Source of the DNA: Heterodontus francisci | Taxonomy: Eukaryota | Assembly: GCF_036365525.1 (NCBI RefSeq) | Contig: NC_090384.1 | Span: forward strand, 55,549,895 to 55,613,894 | Length of the DNA stretch: 64,000 nucleotides | Direction of reading: 5' to 3' | In this document: piece by piece, positions 47,289-56,941 of the stretch | Numbering within the stretch: position 1 is the stretch's first letter | Layout: the number at the start of each line of letters is the position of its first letter | Translations under genes and position numbers: made by a program | The notes under the pieces: model-generated | The model's database searches: none | Seen by the model: the letters and a program-made list of their open reading frames with translations, nothing else | What the model was told of the DNA's origin: nothing

Positions 47289-47755
47289 CATTGTGTCCAA
47301 TTCAGAGCACTGCACTGTAGGAATGATATGAAGGCCGTTGAGAGGGTGTAAAAGGGATTTCTTCAAATAATTCCAGGGATGAGGGACTTCAGTCACATGG
47401 AAAGATTGTAGAAGCTGGGGCTGTGGTCATTAGAGAAGAGAAGGTTGAGAAGAAATTTGATAGAGGTGTCCAAAATCAGGAGGTGTCAAGACAGAGTCGA
47501 TAGAGAGAAACTGCTCCAATTCACGGAAGGGTCGAAAACCAGAGGACACAGATTTAAGGTGACTGCCAAAAGAACTGGAGGTAATATGAGAAAAACCTTT
47601 TCTAATGCAACAAGTGGTTATGATTTGGAATGTACTGCCTGAGAGGATGGTGCAGGCAGATTCAATCAAGGTCTTCAAAAGCAAATTAGACAAGTGCATG
47701 AAGGGAAAATATTGCAGGGCTACAGGGAAAAGGTGGGGGAGTGGGACCGGCTATT
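47289..47755 (+). mobile_element. Old CR1 3' fragment (continuation of 39255-40334)
   Basis: CVQF..., LEKRRLRRNLIEV, TRGHRFKV and IWNVLPE. Confidence 0.8.
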
Positions 47756-48024
47756 ATAGTCCACCTTTAAGTGGGCGTGGATACATTTTCAGTGCACCTT
47801 GCTAGAGAGGAAATGGTGTAGCATACTATGTGACTGAATCTCATTCTCGATCTGCTGCTGATCACCAAACAGACCAGCCATGTACAGATGTTCTCTTGCA
47901 ATGTAATGCCATGCTACTAGCCTCAATTAGTGTTAACTGACCCATGATGCGTGGTTAGTGCCTTGATGTCTGATGTCTGAATGAGGTACTTTGATTTCCA
48001 GAGGTATTTGATAAGGTGCCACAT

Positions 48025-49092
48025 ACGAACATATGAATTAGGAGCAGGAATAGGCCACGGGACCCCTCAAGCCTGCTCCGCCATTCAATATGTTCATGGC
48101 TGAACTGATTACTCCACATTTCCACCTATCCCCGATAACCTTTCACCCCCTCGCTTATCAAGAATCGATCTACCACTACCTTAAAAATATTCAAACACTC
48201 TGCTTCCACTGCCTTTTGAGGAAGAGAATTCCAAAGAAAAAATGTCTCCTCATCTATGTCTTGAATGGGCGACCCCTTATTTTTAAACAGTAACCCCTAG
48301 TTCAAGATTCTCGCACAAAGGGAAACATCCTTTCCACATCCACTCTGTCAGTACCTCCCCAGGATCTTATATGTTTCAATCAAATTGCCTCTTACTCTTC
48401 CAAACTCCAGCGGATACATGCCCAGCCTGTCCAATCTTTCCTCATAAGACAGGCCACCCATTTCAGGTATTAGTCTAGTAAACCTTCTCTCTACTGCCTC
48501 CAACGCATTTACATCCTTAAATAAGGAGACCAGTACTGTACACAGTACTCCAGATTTGGTCTCACCAATGCCCTATATAGCTGAAGCATAACCTCCCTAC
48601 TTTTGTATTCAATTCCCCTCGCAATAAACTATAACATTCTATTAGCTTTCCTAATTACGTGCTGCACCTGCTAACCTTTTGCGATTCATGCACTAGCACA
48701 CCCAGATCCCTCTGCATCTCAGAGCTCTGCAATCTCTCACCATTTAGATAATATGCTTCTTTATTATTCTTCCTGCCAAAGTGGACAATTTCACACTTTC
48801 CCACATTATACTCCATTTGCCAGGTCTTTGCCCACTCACTTAACCTATCTAATCCCTTTGTAGCCTCCTTATGTCCTCTTCACAACTTACTTTCCTACCT
48901 ACCTTTGCATCATCAGCAAATTTAGCAATCATACCTTCGGTGCCCTCATCTAAGACATTTATATAAATTGTAAAAAGTTGAGGCCCCAGAACAGATCCCT
49001 GTGCCACACCACTCGTTACCTCTTACCAACTAGAAAATGACCCATTTATGCCTACTCTCTGTTTGCTGTTAGCTAACCAATCTTCTATCCAG
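48025..49092 (-). mobile_element. CR1 LINE 3' fragment
   Basis: Minus strand has VAQGSVLGP, KFADD and a CR1-type tail. Confidence 0.85.
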
Positions 49093-49099
49093 GTCTAAA

Positions 49100-51022
49100 C
49101 AAAAAAATTAACGTTCTTGACATATCAAATGGGTTTTAGTCCGTTCCGTTGCACCCCGATGATCAGTACAAATTCGCCTTTAGCTTTAAGGGACAACAAT
49201 ATACATGAACTTGCCTTCCACAAGAATTCCATAACAGCTCCTCTATCTTTCATCAGCGAATGGAAACATGCCTAAAGAAGTTCAGTCGCGCAGACTGACT
49301 GATCGAGTATGCAGACGACTTATTGTGGATCTCTGAAAGTGAAGGAGAACATAGGAAACTGTTGAGGGACTTTTTGAGACTTCTGAACACAACAGCCTTT
49401 AAGGATAACCCCAAAAAGGCACAGATAGAGAAAGAGGAAGTTCAGTTTCTGGGACTCACTATTCGACCAGGAGAATGCAAGATCAGGGCAGGAACTGCCC
49501 TGACTAGGCTCGGTAACCACTCTCCAATTGTTTTTGGGTCTGACAGGTTACTGTAGGAAATTCATTGAGAACTATGCTGATACAGTGGCCTCCTTACTGA
49601 GGTTACTAAAGAAGGGTGTAGAATAGAAGTTGAATGGGGAATGTGAGGAAGCCTTTGTTCAGTTAAAACAAGACTGACAGACAGATCCAACCTTGGCAGC
49701 TGTAGATCCTGGGAAAAGCTTCTATTTGGAATTGGCAGCTACAGATGCCAGTCTGACTGTTGTCCTTATGCAGGAAATGCACCATCAGTTGAGACCAGTG
49801 GCCTATGCGTCCTGCATCCTGGTCGGTGTGGAGAAAGCCAGTTTGCAGTGTTCAACCTGTCACTTTAGATTAGATTAGATTTATTGATCCATCACTCCCC
49901 AACCCACTTATTCTTAAACAGGAGGATCAAACAGGGAACTATGTATAGTGTGCAACTAGCTAGATGGACATTATTGTTAGAAGGCAGTGATCTTAAGGTT
50001 GAAGTGACTGGGGAACGTAAATTAGCCACCCATCTTAATTATAAGGGAGAGTCTCTATTTGCACAGTTGAGGGAGTGTGGGAAATGGAAAGAAGTTTTAA
50101 ATCAGGCATACATCCTGAAGGATGAGCCATCTATGCGGATGGCTCAAGCTTTGTGGAAAAGGGAGAAAGGAAAATAGGATGCAGAATTTAAGATTCAGAT
50201 GGGAACGTGGAGATGGCCCTGTCACTTCCCCACTATCTTTAGTGTTCAGTAGGCAGAGTTAGCCACAATCACCTATGTGGTCACACATCTGACAGAATTT
50301 CCCCCTCCTTACAGCATCTGCTCCAACTCATTCTTTACATGTAACACATGTACAGAAAATTTGGCCATTTGGGCCAGACGAGCATTTTAAGTCAGCAAAT
50401 GGAAAGACTTTGATCACAGTCCCGACGTTGACAACAATATTGGAAACTGTAAAGGCAAAAAGGCACGAGTATTACATCCAAAAGATCAAGGCCCACTCTA
50501 AAACCAAGCCCAGATGGGAAGGTAACCAGAAAGCCGATGAACAGGCTCAGAGGGGTGCAAAGAGAGGAATCCCAAGGGACTGTTATCAGTCAGGAGTGGT
50601 GGTCACTGCTGCCGCTACTCAGAATATGGTCCGACTCCCACCAGATCTTAAGACTATTCAGTTAAATGATGTAATATTAACGGCAATCGCAAAGGAAGAA
50701 GAAGAGGACAGAGACAGAGAATGGCCTGATGGGAGTGGGGAGGTCCAGACCAGAGAGGTAATGCTGTTTAAAAGTGATAAGTGGGTAGTTCCGGAAATGT
50801 ATGCAGAAGAATTCATTCAGCTTCTAAATGGAAAACCAGGGACAGGACACCCAGGACCCAAAGAAGATTTTTGTAAAAACTGTTTGATATATGCTGCTAA
50901 TAATCCTGACTCACACAGAAAAAGGCATCTCTGGGACATACATGACAGTCTGAGGGACCGTGGCAGTGTGTCCATTTTGACTTTATTGGGCCCTTGCTCA
51001 CTACTAAGAATGGTAGTAAATG
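49100..51022 (+). mobile_element. Decayed retrovirus-type pol fragment: RT, tether (degenerate RNase H), RNase H, integrase N-terminus; foamy- or loki-like ERV
   Basis: RT VLDISNGF*SVPL..QYKFAFSFKGQQYT*TCLPQEFHNSSSIFH..YADDLL..NPKKAQ..VQFLG; tether FYLELAATDASL..RPVAYAS; RNase H IYADGSS..Q*AEL..KIKAH..GNQKAD; integrase GHPG..CKNCLI..PWQCVHFDFIGPL. Confidence 0.85.
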
Positions 51023-51560
51023 AATCATAGAATATAATCATGGATTGGTTACAGCACAAAGGAGACCATTCAGCCTATCATGTCTGTGCCAGCTCACTGG
51101 AAGAGCAACTCACCTAGTCCCACTCCCCTGCCTTTTCCCTGTAGCCCTGCATCGTTTTTTGCTTCAGATAATTATTTAATTCTCGTTTGAAGGCCTTCAT
51201 TGAATCTGCCGCCACCACACTCTCGGGCAAAGCATTCCAGGTCCTAACCATACACGGTGTAAAAAAGATTTCCTCATTTCTTTTGCCAATCACCTTAAAT
51301 CAGCATCCTCTGGTTCTTGACCATTCCACCAACGGGAACAGTTTCTCCCTACCTACTCAGTCCTGGCCCCTCATGATTTTGAACACCTCTATCAAATCTC
51401 CTCAATCTTTTCTTCTCCAAGGAGAACAGCCTCAGCTGTTAAGTAAGTGGCCAAAGATCTGGCAAATGGAGTATAATGGGGAAGATGTGAAATTGTCCAT
51501 TTTGGCAGGAAGAATAAAAAAGCATATTATCTAAATAGTGAGAGATTGCAGAGCTCAGAA
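51023..51560. mobile_element. CR1 fragments (3' end on minus 51023-51435; short RT piece on plus to about 51560)
   Basis: CR1-type tail, TRG-LKV remnant, and WPKIWQMEYN. Confidence 0.7.
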
Positions 51561-51764
51561 CATTCAGCATCAGAGAGGGGGAGGTCAGAGGGTATAGTGA
51601 ATACACGGCAAGGGGTCAGATCAGAAAGGGTAGGGTCAGAGGGAAGTGAAGGGGAAGGAAGATCTGGAGGAGTTTTCTTCTTTCCGACGGGATTTTCATT
51701 TGTCTCTTTAACCTTGTTCACCCTCATTGCTTTCTATTTCCTTCCTTGTGTTTGATAAAGTGTC

Positions 51765-53199
51765 AACCAAAACTCATTTTCACAGCCACATCTCCTTCCT
51801 CAGTTGAGCTCTTCTTCCGTCGCATCCGCCTCCGGGCTCAGTTCTTTGACCAGGTGTCCTCCCCCTGACCAGCAGACCCATTCACCCGCCTCCAGCATTC
51901 TCCCTCTACCTGGACCCCTCTCCCTGGCCTCTGACCCACTCTTGATATTTTCATTGAAAACTGTCAGTGAGACATTGGTCATCTCAATTTCTCTGCCCCC
52001 CTCACTCACTCTCAGCTGTCCCCCTCTGAACTTGAGGCACTCCGTTCTCTCAGGTCTAACCCTGACATGGTCATCAAACCTGCTGACAAGGGTGGTGTTC
52101 TTGTTGTCTGGCGTACCGACCTCTACCTTACAGAGGCTCAGCAGCAACTCACAGACACTTCTTCCTACCTCCCTCTGGACCATGACCCCACCACCGAACA
52201 TCAAGCTACTGTCCACAGGACTGTCACTGACCTCATCTCCTCTGGAGATCTTCCCTCTACAGCTTCTAACCTCATAGTCCTGCAACCCCGGACAGCTCAC
52301 TTCTACCTCCTTCCCAAAATCCACAAATGGGACTGTCCCGGCAGACCCATTGTGTCAGCCTGCTCCTGCCCCACTAAACTTATTTCTTCCTATCTTGACT
52401 CTATCTTTTCTCCGCTGGTCCAGTCTCTTCCCACCTACATCCGTGACTCTTCTGAAGCCCTACGCCATTTTGACAATTTCCAGTTTCCTGACCCCAACCG
52501 CCTCCTCTTCACAATGGACGTCCAATCTCTCTACACCTCCATCCTCCACCAGGATGGTTTGAGGGCGCTCCATTTCTTCCTTGAACAGAAGCCCAACCAG
52601 TCCCCATCCACCACCAACCTCCTCCGCCTGGTTGAACCTGTTCTCACATTGAACAACTTCTCCTTCAACTCCACTCACTTCCTTCAAGTAAAAAGTGCTG
52701 CTATGGGTACCCGCATGGGCCCTAGTTATGCCTGTCTTTTTGTGGGATATGTCGAGCATTCCTTGTTCCAGTCCTACTCAGGCCCCCTCCCCCAAATTTT
52801 TCCAGTACATTGATGACTGTATCGGTGCCGTTTCCTGCTCCTGCCCCAAACTAGAAAAGTTTATCAACTTTGCTTCAAATTTCCACCCTTCTCTCACCTT
52901 TATATGGTCCATCTCTGACACTTTCCTTCCCTTCCTCGACTTCTCTGTCTCCATCTCTGGGGATAGGCTGTCTACTAATATTCATTCTAAGCATACCAAC
53001 TCCCACAGCTACCTCGACTACACTTCTTCACACCCTGCCTCCTGTAAGGACACCATTCCATTCCCCCAGATTCTCCGTCTACGCGCATCTACTCTGATGA
53101 TGACAGCGCTTACATGACAGCACTTCTGATTTGTCTTCCTTTTTCTTCAGTTGAGGATTCCCCCCCACTGTAGTTGACAGGATCCTCAACCGTGTCCGC
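51765..53199 (+). mobile_element. Penelope-like element RT fragment (family of 10961)
   Basis: VIKPADKGG, FYLLPKIHK..PGRPIVS, TMDVQSLYTSI, AMGTRMGPSYA and YIDD, with frameshifts. Confidence 0.92.
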
Positions 53200-54859
53200 A
53201 GAATTCACAGCAGGGCTCCTTCCTTAGTTTTTTGCTGGATCTCTCACAGCTCTCAGCTGGACAGCCTTTTGTGGTGCTGTTGTGATTTCTCTACTCTCCA
53301 GAGAACTACCTTTTAAGGTAACAATCTCTCACCTCTGTAACAATGCCTCTGTTAGGAGATGCAGGGCCCCCTCCCAGTGGTGACCAACAATAACCAAGGT
53401 TGTGGCTACTTCACACCTTCTTTGTGTCAGCAGAACCCATTCAATTCAGAAATGTCTCTTGATGGGTTCAGGATGGGTGTAATTGACATGTCTTAGCTCA
53501 GAATGTCTTCTTTTGTCCTTAACAGACAGTAAGACAGTCTCAATATACAGGGCCAGGTCAAATAACATTCAGTGGCCATTTTGCAGCACATTGTCCACAT
53601 TTTAAAAGGAAAAGTCAATTTTTTTAACTCGTCAGTTTGGGTTGTGTATTTTCGTTGCTGCACTTCTCGTGAACGTGATATAAGGAAAATCCAGGCCTTT
53701 ATAGCAGATGAAGTTGTGAACAGTCTACTGCTCAAATTACTCCCTAACCTCTTGTGTAGTGCTGGTCACTGATGTATTCGAGAGCTACTGATGTGCTGTG
53801 GCCAGTGCAGAGAAAAGTCACAAGAAGGATCAATATTATAGGCGAAAACAAAATCAATCCAAATGCAGGAATGATTTCAAGGAATCATTTTTCACTCAGG
53901 GAAATCCAAAAGGCCTTGATCAGTCATAATGTGAAGTTATTCTCAACGAGAAAGAGAAGCAATGGAAGGAGGATGAGCAACATTCATAGATACACAGAAC
54001 AGAATTGGCAGAGAAGCTGGAAAAGTGAAGCGGTGGCACAGTGTTGATTGTGTTGCTTGCAATTCTCAACATCTGTTCCAAAAGACACATTATATATTGT
54101 TATGCTATCTGTAAAGTGCTTGGAACTAATTAGCTAGGAACTAGTTGTTATGTGTAAGTGTTCCAGTGGGACCACATTCACAGCTGCACTGGAGAGTCAT
54201 GGGATATGTAACACAAAACCAGTTTCACCAGTCCCTACCAGGCAGCATGGTGAGCTATATTAAATACAAAGAGCTCCAGTCATTCCAAGTCTAAAGTGTG
54301 ATTATTTCCAACATCTGGAAACCAGAAAACAACAAGAAGACGTAACATGATGGCAGCAAGTGTCTGTGGGTAAACCTAGAACATTTTAAAAGAATTAGAT
54401 TGGAAAAATGGACCCAAATTAGTGCCAGAGAGAGAGAAAGAAAAACTGAGTGACTAGTGTGAAATGAAAAATGAAACGTTAGCCGGGACAGGAATGAATG
54501 CACAGGTACAGCCATAATGAATTGGGAAGCTGATGATGTTGTAGAGACATTTGAGAAGTTTAAATAAAAGTGCAGACTGATATTCAGAAGTTTCCTAAAA
54601 GACACTAGTGAAGAGGAGAGTGTCAGTTATCTCTTTCTGTGGGTTGGAGATAAAGGATTACATTTATTTAACAGCCGGGACCTAAGTGAAGAGGACAGAG
54701 AAACCAAGACAAAATTTTTGAAAGATTCAGCACCCATCTCCGGCCAAAATCAAATCATCCGATATACCAATATGAATTTCAAGGCCTCAGACAGGAATTA
54801 GGTCAGCCTATTGACAATTTTGTAACAAGATTGAAAAATGGCTGCATTTTCTGACAATG

Positions 54860-54878
54860 CAACCACTAGGTGGCGCAG
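54860..54878 (+). promoter_or_regulatory. CTCF consensus motif
   Basis: AACCACTAGGTGGCGCAG matches the CTCF core CCACYAGRKGGCRC. Motif only; binding untested. Confidence 0.5.
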
Positions 54879-55738
54879 TACTTGCACCTGCACAAATGAA
54901 GGCTCTTCAACTGGAACGTCATTGTCTGCGACGTTCAGGCATCTGCCGGGATTAAAGATGGCGCTGCTCAATTTATCACAGGAAATGTTCATGGATAGAT
55001 TGTTGTAGCAAACTAACCATACATTAACTTGGATGGAAGCCCAGTTATATGCTACTATGTAGTTATAGGATACTAATTGTAATCCTCAGATCCATTTAAT
55101 ATTCCAGTAGTCAAATTAAATACAAAAGGAATTTTATGATTGAATTTTCATTGGAAGATAGTCAATTGTCACTAGAGGCAGAGTATAAAATGTGCTGCCA
55201 ATTCGTTGTTGTGATTTGTTTATATGACTGATCAGGACTGATTTCAGCTGAACGCAGCTACTAGCTCCCACCCCACTGGCCGCTCTCCCCACTCGGCAAC
55301 TTGCTTTCTTCCCCCTCCACCCCACTGGCCGCTTCCCCCCTCAGCTGATCGCTCCAGACCTCGCTGCTCCGCCTCCCCCCCACTCCCCTGGCCGATTGTT
55401 CGCTCACTCCCCACCGCCCCCTCCCCCACATCCCTCCAGCCACCAGCTCTAGACCACACTGCTTCCCTCTTCTCGGCTACTCAATCTCACGTTTCATCAG
55501 TCACCACGTGCCGCCCGAAGAAGCAAAGAATGCTGCAAGGGATGATGGGGCGACGTAGGAGTGAGTGCCTGAGAGGAGGGAAGCGGCACAGAGCAAGGGA
55601 TTCCTAAAATGTTAATATGTGACAATGGCACCCAATTTACATCCAGACAATTTAAGGAATTCGCTGACCAGTATGGGTTCAACACCATCACCTCATCACC
55701 ACACTACCCAAGGGGACACAGATTTATAGAAAGACATG

Positions 55739-56133
55739 GGGGAGGCGGTGGCCTAGTGGTATTATCACTGGACTAGTAACCCAGAGACCCAGGGTATTTC
55801 TCTGGGGACATGGGTTCAAATCCCACCACAGCAGAAGGCGGAATTTGAATTCAATTAATAAATCTGGAATTTAAAGCTAGTCTAATGATGGCCATGAAAC
55901 CATTGTCGACTGTTGTAAAAACCCATCTGGTTCATTAATGTCCTTTAGGGAAGGAAATCTGCTGTCCTTACTTGGTCTGGCCTACATGTGACTCCAGATC
56001 CACAGCAATGTGGCTGACTCTTACATACCCTCGAAATGGCCTAGCAAGCCACTCAGCTCAAGGGCAATTAGGGATGGGCACTAAATGCTGGCCTGGCCTG
56101 CGACGCCCACATCCCATGAAAGAATTTAAAAAA
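55739..56133 (+). mobile_element. Full-length tRNA-derived SINE nested in the integrase
   Basis: A box TGGCCTAGTGG, B box GGTTCAAATCC, A-rich tail, TSD ACATG (55734-55738, 56134-56138). Removing it restores FIERHVRMVKR. Confidence 0.9.
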
Positions 56134-56181
56134 ACATGTCCGGATGGTCAAAAGAACACTTGTAAAATGCCAAGAGACAAA

Positions 56182-56941
56182 GGGCTGAATTTTACGCTGC
56201 CCCAGTGAGTCGGATGATGGCGTGGGGGCAGTGTAAAATTGAGTGGGAGGCTCTGGAAGGCCTTCCTGCCCCGCTCCCGCCTCCGGCCAACTTTACGGCA
56301 GTCGGTGGAGGCAGAGGGGAGTGGGGGCGAACGGCCCGCCTGCTTGCCCCAGGCCAATCGAGGCCCTTAAGTGGCCACTTAAGGGCATTTGCCCACATCC
56401 ACGGGTATTTTACCCTTGGCAAGTGGGCGTGCTGGGGACGTGAAAGGCTACCCAGCGATAGCTGCCGGCCTTTCCGTGCGCCGGGTTGGTGCCATGGCAG
56501 TCGGGCATAGTGTGCCCAAATGAGGGCCGCCCCCACCTCCCAACCTACCCCTGCCTCCCAACCCACACCCGGAACCAAGACGCCCCCTTCTCCCCCCAAA
56601 CGACTACCCTTGCCTCGCTGCCACCACTGACCACTCCCCCGGCGAGGCAAGCCCAACTGACCTAAGATCCTAGCTCATGGAGTTGGCTGGGCTGTAGTCC
56701 CAGCAGTGGCCACCGCACCCTGTGGCGCTGCTTGGACTAAGAGCTGCTGGACCTCTGATTGGCTGGCAGCTCACATAGGTGGGACCTCCTCCCTCAAGCG
56801 AGTGGAATTCCCGCCTCGAGACAATTAAAACCCGGGGACCCATAAAATGCAGGTCGGATCCCCAGGCTAGGCAGAAGCGGGTTCACCACCAACTTTTATG
56901 CCGGTGATCAAGTGCCATCCGCCTATGGTAAAATCCAGCCC
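56182..56941. mobile_element. Harbinger-type MITE (760 bp) nested in the integrase
   Basis: TIR GGGCTGAATTTTAC / GTAAAATCCAGCCC, 3-bp TSD AAA. Removing it restores the frame CQETKEDPNLALL. Confidence 0.92.

Noticed and set aside
49130-49630. APOBEC-type G-to-A hypermutation of the ERV (TGG to TAG/TGA, LPQG to LPQE)
   Set aside because: Trp-to-stop changes are necessarily G-to-A, and without a consensus a strand bias cannot be shown.
55739-55830. tRNA gene
   Set aside because: The A and B boxes belong to a SINE head with a body, tail and TSD; no complete cloverleaf.
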